A stretch of DNA of 64,000 nucleotides from an uncultured delta proteobacterium (GTDB taxonomy: Bacteria; Myxococcota_A; Polyangia; Polyangiales; JAFGIB01): contig CAVZVA010000009.1 in the NCBI GenBank assembly GCA_963778655.1, positions 1,498,606-1,562,605 on the forward strand. Reading direction: 5' to 3'. Positions 40,728 to 50,820 of the stretch are shown here, in pieces (position 1 is the stretch's first letter; the number at the start of each line of letters is the position of its first letter). The notes below the pieces were generated by a model. That model did not search any database and was not told the DNA's origin. It saw only the letters and a program-made list of their open reading frames with translations. The translations under genes and the position numbers were made by a program.

Positions 40728-42110
40728 TCAGGCCGGGGTCAGTAGCTTTTTGGCTTGCTGCCACGCGAGGTCGAGCGTCTGCCGCAGGAGCTCGATGTCG
40801 CCCGGCTGCGGCCTCACCAGCTCCGCGATCGAGAGCCCGCTCAAGCGTCGCACGCCGACGAGCATGGTGACGACCACGGCGAGATAGCTGACTAAGGACG
40901 CCATAGCCGCCGCCATCAGCTTCCAGCGCGTCAGGGTGGTGCCCAGAATGACCAACGTGATCGGCAGCGCAACGAGTTGCGCGTACATAGACCACGCCGG
41001 CCCGCCAAGGCCACGGGTGCACTCGTCGAGGACCGTATTGAAGCTCAGGGCCGACGCTGCCGCGATCAGCACCAGCGTGGGGGCGACCGCGGGAGCGAAG
41101 CGTGGACCGAAGACAAGAGGAAGCGCTAGCGGTGTGATCGCCGCAAGGCCCGCGCCGAGAACGAGTGCCAACAGCGCTCCGAGCCGAAGCGTCTGCCCGA
41201 GAAGCCGCCTTCTGGTGTGATCGTCGTCGGTGGAGGCGAGGGCCGGAAACATCGTCGATCCAAGCGCGCCGAAGACAGGTGCCATGACACTGCTCCACGA
41301 CACGCCCACAGCATAGAGGCCGAGCAGGTTCGGTGCGAGCAGCGCGGCCATCAGCATCTGATCAAGCCGCAGGTTGAGCGAGAAGGGGAGGACGGACGCG
41401 GCCGTGGGCGCACCGTACCGAAGCATCGCACTGATTCGCTCGGGGGCGAAACGGGAAGGACCGCGCGTCGAACGCCAGAGGGTTCCGGCCGCCACCGGGA
41501 TTGTCAACGCGTAGGCAACGAGGTAGGCGCGGGAGAGCCAGCCGGCTATGCCTCGGTGTAGCCACCAGCCGAGTGCCAGGATGGTGAGCCAGCACAGCGG
41601 CGGCGCCAGGCGAAGGAGGTTCCACGTGCGAAATCGACCAAGGCCCTGGAGGGCGAGGTAGGGTCCGACTTGAAGCGCCTGCAACAAGATGAAGACGAGA
41701 TAGATCCGGGCGTCGCCAATGGTGGTCGCGGATTGCTGCTGAAGCGCCCAGGGCATGAGCATGTAGCCCGCGCCCATGACCACCATCGCGGTGAGCGATT
41801 CGAGGGTGGTCGCGGTCAACGTCAACGACCGGGCGGCCTGCGGATCCTTAGCGCTGAAGTATGCGACTGCGTTGGGCAGCCCGAGCAGTGCCAACAAGCC
41901 CAAAAAGGAGGGAATGGTTTGAATGGCCGACAGCTCCCCACGACCGGTGGGTCCCAAGATGCGCGCGGAAATGCTCCCCGTGGCCAGGCCGAGGATGGCG
42001 ATGGCGACGTTAGTCGCAAGCGTCATGCTGAAGTTGCGCCGATGGGAGGTGCGGGCTCCGGAAGGCGACCCCTCGGGTGGCACGTCCGCCGCAGAATTGG
42101 TATCAGACAT
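40728..42110 (-). CDS. wzx: Polysaccharide flippase
   Basis: ARILGPTGRG, RLDQMLM, GLYAVG, VFGPRF; multiple transmembrane segments. Confidence 0.85.
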   Translation of the reverse strand: MSDTNSAADVPPEGSPSGARTSHRRNFSMTLATNVAIAILGLATGSISARILGPTGRGELSAIQTIPSFLGLLALLGLPNAVAYFSAKDPQAARSLTLTATTLESLTAMVVMGAGYMLMPWALQQQSATTIGDARIYLVFILLQALQVGPYLALQGLGRFRTWNLLRLAPPLCWLTILALGWWLHRGIAGWLSRAYLVAYALTIPVAAGTLWRSTRGPSRFAPERISAMLRYGAPTAASVLPFSLNLRLDQMLMAALLAPNLLGLYAVGVSWSSVMAPVFGALGSTMFPALASTDDDHTRRRLLGQTLRLGALLALVLGAGLAAITPLALPLVFGPRFAPAVAPTLVLIAAASALSFNTVLDECTRGLGGPAWSMYAQLVALPITLVILGTTLTRWKLMAAAMASLVSYLAVVVTMLVGVRRLSGLSIAELVRPQPGDIELLRQTLDLAWQQAKKLLTPA

Positions 42111-42409
42111 GGCTCCGAGGCTGCCCCTTCGAGTCTTGGCCTGAGAGATTCGAGCCCCGAGTCCGCTGGCGGCGGACGCTATGGCGCGTCCTGCGAGCCT
42201 GCGGCTCGACCGCGATCACGAAACCGCCGGGCAGAGGAGAACTGCAACGAGCGTAGCCACGCGTAGCAGCGGCGACGAGAGCCCAGCAGGACGCACGAGC
42301 GCGAGCAGTCCGTACCGGCCGGCCAGGTGCTGCGGCACTTGCAAGGCTGACTCGGCCGGGGCCCCCGTCTCTTCACGCCTGTCCATGGCAGCTCAGAGTG
42401 ACGATACCG

Positions 42410-43606
42410 TCACCCGAGCCCCGAGTCGATGGTGGCGCGAAGGTGGCGTACCGTATGCTCCCAGGTCGCCTCGTGGCGTCGGTGCCAGGCGGCATGCCGC
42501 AGGCGCTGGAGCCGATCGCGGTCGTGGCCAAGCGCCAGCAGTTGCGCGGCGATCTCCTCGTCCGAAGCTTCCGCCGGTACGGTGACCGCCGCCTCCGGAA
42601 ACATGAAATCGGGCATTCCGCCGGCGTCTGTGGCCAGCGCGGCAAGGCCCAGGGCATGGTACTCGCGCAGAACCGAGCCGCCGGCTTCGCGCCGCGCCAG
42701 GATGCAGCCCACGTCGGCATTGGCCACGGCGTCGAGGAATCGGGCCGCGTCCGTGTTCTTGTTGATGCGCCCTAGCCACTCGATCCCGGGCTGTCCCATC
42801 AGCTCGGACGGCAGGCCCCGCGGCTGGTCGCCCACTACCCTGAGGGTGGCGCGCAGACCTTCCCGGCGCGCGAGAGCCAGGGCGCGCAGCAATCGGTCGA
42901 GCCCCTTGCGCTTCCAGTCGGTCGAGACCATCACCAGCCGGAGTGCGTCCTGGGGACGCGCGGAAGGCGGCGCGGCGCTCGCTTCCCAACGGCGATAGAC
43001 CTCCGGATCGAGGTTGGCACCCGGGACGATCACGTGGATCCGCTCTTCGGCCACGCCGTAATCCTCTCGAACGCTCCGCCCCGCAAAATGGCTCATGACC
43101 ACGATCCCGCGAGCGCGAGCGTAACCCTCGCGTTCGCGCTCGACGGCCTCGAGGGCGATCCGGCGTCCGACCCGGGGGCGCAAGTTGTAGTAATCGAACA
43201 ACTGCGTCAGCGTGAGATCGATGAAGAACCACCTTTCGATCGACCGGTCATGGACCACCGAGGGGGCATAGAGCTGGAAACAGTTGAGCACGCGAGCGCC
43301 GCCCAGATTCCGCTTCACCGGCCGCCATAGACGCTCCAGGAACACCGTCGAGTACTGGTAGCCGCCGCGCCGGTCACCCGTGGCCACGCGGCCCAGGTTC
43401 CACGCGCTGCGGCGCACGAGCCAGCTCAAGCCCTTCGTGCCGAACGGCAAGCCCGAGGTGACGAAGCCCGCGGCTCGGCCTGCTTCGGTCAGGTGGAATG
43501 GAATGCCGCTCCAGGTCAACGGATCGCCGACGTCGCCGACGGCGGCCACATACAGGCGCTGCGCGCCCGAATCGTAGGATCGCGCTGGCGCCGCCGCAGG
43601 GAACAT
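42410..43606 (-). CDS. Glycosyltransferase (GT-B, family 4-like)
   Basis: TWSGIP, DWKRKG, EAGGSVLREYHALG, TDAGGMPD. Confidence 0.8.
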   Translation of the reverse strand: MFPAAAPARSYDSGAQRLYVAAVGDVGDPLTWSGIPFHLTEAGRAAGFVTSGLPFGTKGLSWLVRRSAWNLGRVATGDRRGGYQYSTVFLERLWRPVKRNLGGARVLNCFQLYAPSVVHDRSIERWFFIDLTLTQLFDYYNLRPRVGRRIALEAVEREREGYARARGIVVMSHFAGRSVREDYGVAEERIHVIVPGANLDPEVYRRWEASAAPPSARPQDALRLVMVSTDWKRKGLDRLLRALALARREGLRATLRVVGDQPRGLPSELMGQPGIEWLGRINKNTDAARFLDAVANADVGCILARREAGGSVLREYHALGLAALATDAGGMPDFMFPEAAVTVPAEASDEEIAAQLLALGHDRDRLQRLRHAAWHRRHEATWEHTVRHLRATIDSGLG

Positions 43607-44557
43607 CTACGCCGTCTCGATCACTGCCCGCGCCGCGAGCTTGTCCACGATGGCATTCACACGCGCGGATAGACCGAGCGCCCCTCGAGCCCGTCCCCCG
43701 TCCGATCCAGTTCTCTGCCATTCCCCGATTTGCTTGAGGAAGTCGGTCAGGACCCCGTCGAGGGGCCCGCCGGCATCGACCGCGAGCGGTGTGTCGTTTT
43801 CGACCAGCTTGTATGGATGGGGCCGGGTGTCGTCGTAAGCCAGCGTTCGCCCGTCGCGTAGCGTGACCGTGAAGCCACGCGCCTTGTGGTCCGCGCCGTT
43901 GCCCACGCGCATGTGAACTGGCACGCCCCCGAGATCGAAACGCGCATCGTACAGCTCGTAGCCGGGGCCGGTGGTCGTGCGTCCGACATCGTGCAACCGA
44001 AACTCCGCGTCGGTGCCGAGCAGGTCGAGCGCCATCGTAAGGTCGTGCGGAGCGTAGTCGTGGAGCGACGAGTACACGCGAATAGGCCCGCGGTTGAAGC
44101 CTTGGGTCGTGATTCGGAGCACGCTACCGGCGCCGCCCGCCTCACCTACGCGCGCTTTGAGGCGCACGAACGCGGCGGACCACAAGTGAATGTAGTCGAC
44201 CACGAGCGGTGCTTTGCGCTCGCTGGCGTCAAAGCGCTCGCGCACGCTGGCGACGTCCGCAAGCGATAGCCCCAGTGGCTTTTCGACGAGCAGAGGTACA
44301 CCCAGCGCCGCGCACGCTGCCGCCACCTCGGCCTGGTGCAGCGGTGCGGTCGCGGCAATCACGCCATCCAGCTCGCCCGCCGCTGCTCGTCGCAGCAGGG
44401 TTTGCCAGCTTTCGCATGGCGTGGCGCCGGGGACGGTGTGCGCCTGCACCATAGAGGCGCGCGCCACCATCGAGATGCGGCAATCCTCGCGCTCACCGAT
44501 CCTGTCGACGTACCTGCGCCCCCACGGGCCGACGCCGATCAGTCCCAGGCGCTTCAT
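43607..44557 (-). CDS. Gfo/Idh/MocA-family oxidoreductase
   Basis: GLIGVGPWG, LVEKPL, DYAPHDL. Confidence 0.85.
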   Translation of the reverse strand: MKRLGLIGVGPWGRRYVDRIGEREDCRISMVARASMVQAHTVPGATPCESWQTLLRRAAAGELDGVIAATAPLHQAEVAAACAALGVPLLVEKPLGLSLADVASVRERFDASERKAPLVVDYIHLWSAAFVRLKARVGEAGGAGSVLRITTQGFNRGPIRVYSSLHDYAPHDLTMALDLLGTDAEFRLHDVGRTTTGPGYELYDARFDLGGVPVHMRVGNGADHKARGFTVTLRDGRTLAYDDTRPHPYKLVENDTPLAVDAGGPLDGVLTDFLKQIGEWQRTGSDGGRARGALGLSARVNAIVDKLAARAVIETA

Positions 44558-45606
44558 GCGTAGGCGGTCTTGGCCCAGCGAAAGAACCGCTGCAGCCCGT
44601 CATCGAGCCCGACTGTGGGCTCGTACCCGACCTGGAGGCGCGCTTTGGTCAGGTCGGGACACCGGCGCTGCGGCTCGTCGGCCGGGTAAGTGTCAGGATG
44701 CTCGATCAGCCGGTACTCGACATTGAGCTCCGGCATGAGGCGCGCGACCGTCTGCACGAGCTCCAACATCGAGATCTCCGGCTTGGGATTGCCGATGTTG
44801 TAGGGCTCGCCCGATTGGCCATTCACCAGCACGTTGAGGAAACCGACGATTGCGTCGGTGACGTAGCAAAACGTCCGGGTCTGCTTGCCCGTTCCGTACA
44901 CGCTGACGGGCTCGCCGGCCAGGATCTTCGCCGCGAAGTTTGGCAGCACGCGGTAATCGAGCTTCTGCATGCCCGGCCCATACACGTTGAACGGGCGCAC
45001 GATCGTGCCCTTGACGCCGAAGTGCGTGTGGTAGATGCGCACCAGCGTCTCGCCCAGGCGTTTCGACTCGTCATAGCAAGCCCGCGCGCCGAGGGACGAC
45101 ACATTGCCGTGATAGCTCTCCTTGGTAGGCACGTGGTTTGGGTCGGGATCGCCGTAGATTTCACTCGACGAGAAGAACAACAAGCGCGCGGAGCTGGCCT
45201 TGGCGAGCTCGAGCACGTTCTTGAGGCCAGCGGTCGCAACCTCCAGGGTTTCTAGCGGCCACTTCCGGTAGTAGTAGGGGCTGGCGATGCCAGCGAGGTG
45301 CATCACGAAGTCGACCGGTCTTTCGGGATAGAAGGGCTTGACGATGTCGTGATTGACGAAGGCGAAGCTGCGATTGCGCGGCAATTCGGCACCGAGCTGT
45401 CCGGAGGTGACCAGGTTGTCGATCGCGATGATCTCGCACGGCTCACCGGTACCTGAAGCATTGAGCTTGAGCAGCACCTCGGTGAAGTACCGGCCCAGGA
45501 ACCCGCGCGCGCCCGTGATCAGGATGCGTTTGCCAGCAAATTCACCTGCCGTCTCTCCGATCCGCCCGCAGATCTCATCAATGTCGCTGTCCAGCAGAAA
45601 GCCCAT
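44554..45606 (-). CDS. UDP-glucuronate decarboxylase (UXS)-like SDR
   Basis: TGARGFLG, HLAGIASP, SSSEIYGDP, RACYDESKRLGETL, FNVYGPGM, QTRTFCYVTD, DEPQRRCPD. Confidence 0.85.
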   Translation of the reverse strand: MGFLLDSDIDEICGRIGETAGEFAGKRILITGARGFLGRYFTEVLLKLNASGTGEPCEIIAIDNLVTSGQLGAELPRNRSFAFVNHDIVKPFYPERPVDFVMHLAGIASPYYYRKWPLETLEVATAGLKNVLELAKASSARLLFFSSSEIYGDPDPNHVPTKESYHGNVSSLGARACYDESKRLGETLVRIYHTHFGVKGTIVRPFNVYGPGMQKLDYRVLPNFAAKILAGEPVSVYGTGKQTRTFCYVTDAIVGFLNVLVNGQSGEPYNIGNPKPEISMLELVQTVARLMPELNVEYRLIEHPDTYPADEPQRRCPDLTKARLQVGYEPTVGLDDGLQRFFRWAKTAYA

Positions 45607-46854
45607 CAGACCTCTCGCAGCTCCGGAAGTGGAACGATGAAGTGACCGCCCTGGTCGGTGTATGCCGAATGCTTTGCGATGATCGCGTCGGCGAAGTTCC
45701 AGGCAAAAATCACGCAGTAGTCGGGCCGGCGCTCATAGAGCGCGGCCGAAGGTACCACCGGGATGTGCATGCCAGGCGTGTAGAGGCCCTGCTTCCACGG
45801 CGAATCGTCGACGATGAAGTCGACGCTGGAGCCCTCGATACCGAAGGCGTACATCAACGTGGTCAGCTTCGCCGGCGCGCCGAAACCGGCGAAGCGCTTG
45901 CCCTCTTTTCGCAGCGCGGCCAGGCGTTGGCGCACCTGGGCGCCGCGTTCCTGGATGCGCCGACCGAAATGTTCGTAGACATGAGGGGCAAACAGGCCGA
46001 GATCGCGCTCGACTTGGAGCAGCGCGGACAACCGCTCGGTTTCGCGATGGCGCGATCCGGGGGCGCCGACGTAGCAACGGATCGAGCCGCCATGGCTGTC
46101 GATACGTTCGGCGTCGAACAGCCGCATCTCGAGGGCGGCGAAGAAGCGAGCCAGCGGACCCAGCGCGTGGTACGCGAGGTGCTCGTGATAGATGGTGTCG
46201 AACAGCAGCTTCTGGACGACATCCACGAGGTACGAGACCTCGAACGTGAAGACGCCGTCGTCGGCAAGCAACGTGCGCACTCCTTCGGCGAATCCACGCA
46301 AGTCTTCGGCGTGGGCGAAGACATTGTTCGCACACACGAATGCCGCCGGCCCGCGTTCACGACGAATCCGGTCGGCGAGATCGGTGGTGAAGAATCCCTC
46401 GAGGGTTGGAACGCCCGCAGCCTGGGCGGCCTTTACAATCTCTGCGGCCGGGTCGATGCCCAGAACGTTCGACACCCCCTGAGCCTGGAACTGCTTGAGC
46501 AAAGTCCCGTCGTTAGAGCCAACCTCGACTACGAGCGAGCTCGGATCGAGGCCGAACCTCGCAACCGCGTCCGAGGCATATCGCCGGAAGTGCTCCACGA
46601 ACACCGGCGAAGTGCCCGACACGTACACGTAGCGTCGAAACAAGCGTTCGGGATCCACGATTTCCGCAAGCTGCAGGTGGCCGCACTCCCGACACAGGAG
46701 CAGCGTGAGGGGGACCGTATCCTGCTGCACGGCTGGAATCCGGCACGAACTCGTTCGCCGGCGGCGTGGGAGCGAGACGCAGGACCTCCTGGAGTTGCTG
46801 CTCGCCAGCGGCGCACAGCGCGCATGACCGTCGCCGTCTGTAGGAGCTGTTCAT
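45606..46854 (-). CDS. NDP-sugar C-methyltransferase with N-terminal Zn-binding domain; apparent frameshift near 46737
   Basis: CALC...CRECGHLQL, YVYVSGTS, EVGSNDG, ANNVFAH, FDTIYHEH, HGGSIR, GAPAK, FAWNF; the mirror copy is in frame at this site. Confidence 0.85.
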
Positions 46855-47336
46855 TTCGTCACGGGAAACGTGACGTCCCAGCCAGCCTTGGCGCGCGCGT
46901 TGGCCTTGACCTCGACCAGCGTGACCCTGACGAGGTCCGCCTCGTGGTGCTCGTGGTCCCGCACGTTCTTCGCAAAGGTCAAGAACGCCGTCTCCTCCGG
47001 GAACACCATCGCGTGCTCCACCATGGGTGGAGTGAAGAACATCGTGCCTGCAGGAAAGTCCTGGCGCTGCGGCTGCTCGCGTGAGTCTGCCGGCCGCCAG
47101 TAGTACCAGACGGTCCCAGTGAGCACGTACGAGTAGTGCCAGTCGGTCTTGTGATAGTGATTGGCACGAACGGCGCCAGCCACGGACTTGATCAGCGCTG
47201 CGCTGGTGAAACGCTCGAGTAGCAGATTTTGGATCTCGCCGTTGGCGTTCACGAACGGCGCCTCGAGCGGTACTGCCACTTGCTCGGGGAATGTGCCCTG
47301 CTCTACAAGCGCAGAAAACTTGCGGTTCGAAAGCAT
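46851..47336 (-). CDS. Cupin-fold protein (sugar isomerase/epimerase-like)
   Basis: VRANHYHK...PPMVEHAM cupin His motifs; translationally coupled to the C-methyltransferase. Confidence 0.75.
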   Translation of the reverse strand: MLSNRKFSALVEQGTFPEQVAVPLEAPFVNANGEIQNLLLERFTSAALIKSVAGAVRANHYHKTDWHYSYVLTGTVWYYWRPADSREQPQRQDFPAGTMFFTPPMVEHAMVFPEETAFLTFAKNVRDHEHHEADLVRVTLVEVKANARAKAGWDVTFPVTK

Positions 47337-47519
47337 TCGCGCCTCGACTTTTTTGATGGGCTGGGATGATAGCGGGTCCGTTCTGAGGCTGCAAGCTCGC
47401 TGACGACGCACACCTGCTGCTGTCCTCGGTACCGCAGGAACAGAGCACAGCGCCCGGCGGCTCCCGCTTGTGTGGACCGGCATCCCGGGATAAAGACAGC
47501 GTGCCTCGGCCACCCCGCA

Positions 47520-48536
47520 ATGCGCATCACGTTCATTGCCGACCCCGTACTTCCCGTGCCCCCGCTCGGCTACGGGGGCGCTGAACGCAATGCCGCCTTG
47601 ATTTGTGCGGAGATGGCGCGGCGGGGCCATCACGTACGCCTGCTGGCTGGCGTCGGGTCTCGGAACTTCGGCGAGCTGTGGACTCACCGGCCACCGAGCA
47701 GGCGCTTTCGTTCGCGCGCTTATCGCAAGCTCCTGTTTCAGGTCACCAGCCTGCGCGCCGCGCTAGACGCTGATGTCGTTCACAACATTGGCCGCACCGA
47801 CTACCTCTGGGCGCTACTTCGCACAAAGCTGCCAATCGTAATCACCCTTCAGAACAAGATTGCGGCCGAGTCGGTCTCGGACTTGGCGAGTGGTCGCGAT
47901 CGGCTCGCCCTCGTGAGCCCTAGCGATTCGTATCGTCGAGGCCTTCCGTCGGCTGATTGGTGGACCGTGTACAACGCGGTCAACGCCGAGGAAATTCGGT
48001 TTAGAGAGCGCCCGGGTGGTGACTACCTCGCATTCCTCGGCCGGCTGACTCCCTATAAGGGGGTGCACGTGGCGATCGATGTTGCCCAGGCACTGGGGTT
48101 GCCGCTCAAGATCGCGGGCAATATCCCGAACGAGCCCGGTGTGGCGGAGTTCTTCGCACGCGAAGTGCGCCCGCGCCTCGGCGGAAAGATTGAGTGGATT
48201 GGGGAGATCAATGATGCGCAGAAGACCGACTTTCTGGGCAATGCGCGTGCGCTGTTGTTTCCGATTCAGTGGGAGGAACCGTTCGGCATGGTCGTAGCCG
48301 AAAGCATGGCGGCCGGGACCCCGGTGCTTGCGATGCGACGGGGCGCCATGCCCGAGGTAATCGACCACGGCCGAAACGGCTTTCTGTGCGATAGTCCCGA
48401 CGAGATGGTGTCGTTTGCCAAGCGGATAGACGAGCTGGATCGGGCTGCGTGCCGGCGCACCTGTGAGCAGCGCTTCTCTCCGCGCGTGATCGCGGATCGA
48501 TATCTGGAGATCTATCGGGCTCTGCTGGAGCGATGA
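47520..48536 (+). CDS. Glycosyltransferase family 4
   Basis: PVPPLGYGGAER, FLGRLTPYKG, FPIQWEEPFGMVVAESMAAGTPV. Confidence 0.92.
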   Translation: MRITFIADPVLPVPPLGYGGAERNAALICAEMARRGHHVRLLAGVGSRNFGELWTHRPPSRRFRSRAYRKLLFQVTSLRAALDADVVHNIGRTDYLWALLRTKLPIVITLQNKIAAESVSDLASGRDRLALVSPSDSYRRGLPSADWWTVYNAVNAEEIRFRERPGGDYLAFLGRLTPYKGVHVAIDVAQALGLPLKIAGNIPNEPGVAEFFAREVRPRLGGKIEWIGEINDAQKTDFLGNARALLFPIQWEEPFGMVVAESMAAGTPVLAMRRGAMPEVIDHGRNGFLCDSPDEMVSFAKRIDELDRAACRRTCEQRFSPRVIADRYLEIYRALLER

Positions 48537-49681
48537 CCTTGTCCCAGTCCATGTCCGGCGAGCCCGAACGCTTGCTCATCGTACTGAAGTCGCTGTGCGC
48601 GGAAGGCACGCCCGTGCTTGTGCTGGACCTTTGCCGCAGATTCAGGGCGATGGGCATCGAGCCGGCGGTTCTCACGTTGTCATCGTCTCCCAAAGACCTG
48701 GCGCCGGAGTTCGAGCGCGAGCACATCGCCGTTCGCGACCTCGGTCTTCCGCAATCGGGACGCGCGCGTTATGCGCGCATGGTCGCGGACATCTACGCCG
48801 CATGCCGCGAGCAGCGTCCGCATGCCGTGTTGTCGATGCTCTTTGGTTGGCACGCGTTCTTGGCGCTCGGGGCGCGGCTTGCGGGAGTGCCTGTGGTCGC
48901 GGCCCATGTCGGCAACTATCCGTCCCTGGGCTTGAGCGCGAGGCTGTCCAAGTTTCGCCTGCTGGTGCAGGCTGGACGGCCCATGACGAGCACACTCGTC
49001 TGTTGCAGCGCCTACGTGCAGCGCGGGGTCGTGACCCGCCTTGCGGTGCCGGAGTCGGCAACGGTCGTGATCTACAACGGGGTCGATGTCGACGCGATTG
49101 CACGGCGCGCGACGGCAGCGCGCGTGGGTAGAGGCGCTTCCCGCGGCAGCGTGGTGGGCATGGTGGCGCGCTTCGAGGTCCACAAGGACCAGCCGACGTT
49201 GATCCGCGCGGTCAAGATGCTGCGAGACTCCGGGCGCGCGCTCGAGCTGTGGCTGATCGGCGATGGTAGCCGCCGTTCGGGGTATGAGGCGTTGATCGCC
49301 GAGCTCGGGCTGGCCGACGCCGTGAAACTGCTTGGCGTGCGGCGTGATGTCCCCGAGTTGCTGGGTCAGCTCGACGTGTTCGCGTTCGCCGCCACGCCCG
49401 ACGAGGGCCAGGGCGTCGCGCTGGTGGAAGCGATGGCAGCGGGCGTTCCGATCGCCGCCGCCGACGTGGGCGCCTGTCGCGAGGTGCTCGATCAGGGCCG
49501 CCTGGGCCGCCTGGTGGAGCCGGCTGACCCTGCGGCGCTCGCCGCTGCGATCGAAGGCATCCTGGACGACCCCGAGCAAGCGCAGGCTATGGTCGCTGAG
49601 GCCCGTGCAAGGGCGCAACGTCTATTCACGATCGAGGCGATGGCGGAGGCGTACGCAAGATGTCTCGATCTCGCGGCCTGA
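48533..49681 (+). CDS. Glycosyltransferase family 4
   Basis: IYNGVD, GMVARFEVHKD, DEGQGVALVEAMAAGVP. Confidence 0.9.
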   Translation: MTLSQSMSGEPERLLIVLKSLCAEGTPVLVLDLCRRFRAMGIEPAVLTLSSSPKDLAPEFEREHIAVRDLGLPQSGRARYARMVADIYAACREQRPHAVLSMLFGWHAFLALGARLAGVPVVAAHVGNYPSLGLSARLSKFRLLVQAGRPMTSTLVCCSAYVQRGVVTRLAVPESATVVIYNGVDVDAIARRATAARVGRGASRGSVVGMVARFEVHKDQPTLIRAVKMLRDSGRALELWLIGDGSRRSGYEALIAELGLADAVKLLGVRRDVPELLGQLDVFAFAATPDEGQGVALVEAMAAGVPIAAADVGACREVLDQGRLGRLVEPADPAALAAAIEGILDDPEQAQAMVAEARARAQRLFTIEAMAEAYARCLDLAA

Positions 49682-49683
49682 CG

Positions 49684-50820
49684 ATGTCCGAGCGTCCTCT
49701 CGTGATCGCGCACGTAGTGAATGGGCTGAGGTTCGGCGGCATCGAGAGCTTTTGTCTGCTGCTCATCAGGAGTTCACCGCCCGGGCTCCGGCACGTGGTG
49801 GTCAACCTCGATCCGGCGCGAACCGAGATGCGCGGTGTGTTCGAAGCCTGCCCCGCCCTGAGCTTGATCGATCGGGCGTACACGCGGCACAGCCGCGTGT
49901 CTTTCGTGCTGGGTCTGGCGCGCGACCTGCGCAGGATCGGAGCCGATGCGGTCTTGGTCTATCCTTTCGGGTTGCACCTTCTGGTCGCGGTCGCGGCGTT
50001 CGCGGCCGGGATTCGCAACGTGCTCGTGCACGCCGGCAACCCTCCCCCCCTCGACGCCAAGCAACGGCAACTCTGGAAGCGCATCGTGATCGCATCCCGG
50101 CTCCTGCACGTGCCCATCAAGTCCTGTTCGGCGATGGTCGATCGCGAGCTGCGTGCTCTGGCGGGTCCCCTGCCGGCTGGATCCGAGCCGGTGCTCAACG
50201 GGGTCGACGTGGAAGGAGTGCATGCGCTGGCGGCCGCCGCGCGGGCGAAGCGCGCTCCGGGCGGCCCGCATGTGATCGGCATGGTCGCGCGCTTGAACGC
50301 GATCAAGGATCACGAAACCTTGCTGCGGGCGTTCGCGCGCGTGCAGAGCGAGCTCGGCAACTGCGAGCTCTGGCTGATCGGCGACGGCGAGCGCCGGCAG
50401 GCTCTCGAAGCACTTGCGGCGGAGCTCGGCATTACGGAGTGGGTGCGGTTCTGGGGTGAGCGGACGGACGTGCCTGCCTTGCTCGGGGGCATGGACGTAT
50501 TCGCGTTCTCGACCACGCGCGACGAGGGCTTTGGGATCGTCCTGGCGGAAGCCATGGCGGCAGGGACTCCCATCGTCGCCTCCGACGTCGAGGCGTGCCG
50601 GGAGGTGCTGGCGGCAGGCGAAGCCGGTCGCTTGGTGAGACCCCAGGACCCGGACGCGCTCGCAGTGGGGTTGTCCGAGCTCTTGACCCGGCCCGACCTC
50701 GCGCGCGCGTTGGCCAATCGCGCGTTCGCTCGCGCGCGGGAGCACCTCGGCGCAAAGGCTTGCGCGGAGCGGTACTTCGGTACGCTGACTCGGTCGCGGA
50801 GGCCTCCCTTTCGTGGTTGA
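49684..50820 (+). CDS. Glycosyltransferase family 4
   Basis: GGIES, LNGVD, GMVARLNAIKD, DEGFGIVLAEAMAAGTP. Confidence 0.9.
   Translation: MSERPLVIAHVVNGLRFGGIESFCLLLIRSSPPGLRHVVVNLDPARTEMRGVFEACPALSLIDRAYTRHSRVSFVLGLARDLRRIGADAVLVYPFGLHLLVAVAAFAAGIRNVLVHAGNPPPLDAKQRQLWKRIVIASRLLHVPIKSCSAMVDRELRALAGPLPAGSEPVLNGVDVEGVHALAAAARAKRAPGGPHVIGMVARLNAIKDHETLLRAFARVQSELGNCELWLIGDGERRQALEALAAELGITEWVRFWGERTDVPALLGGMDVFAFSTTRDEGFGIVLAEAMAAGTPIVASDVEACREVLAAGEAGRLVRPQDPDALAVGLSELLTRPDLARALANRAFARAREHLGAKACAERYFGTLTRSRRPPFRG

Noticed and set aside
42120..42400. Possible small membrane-protein gene between the glycosyltransferase and wzx
   Set aside because: Only a short hydrophobic reading frame with no recognisable family; cannot be supported.
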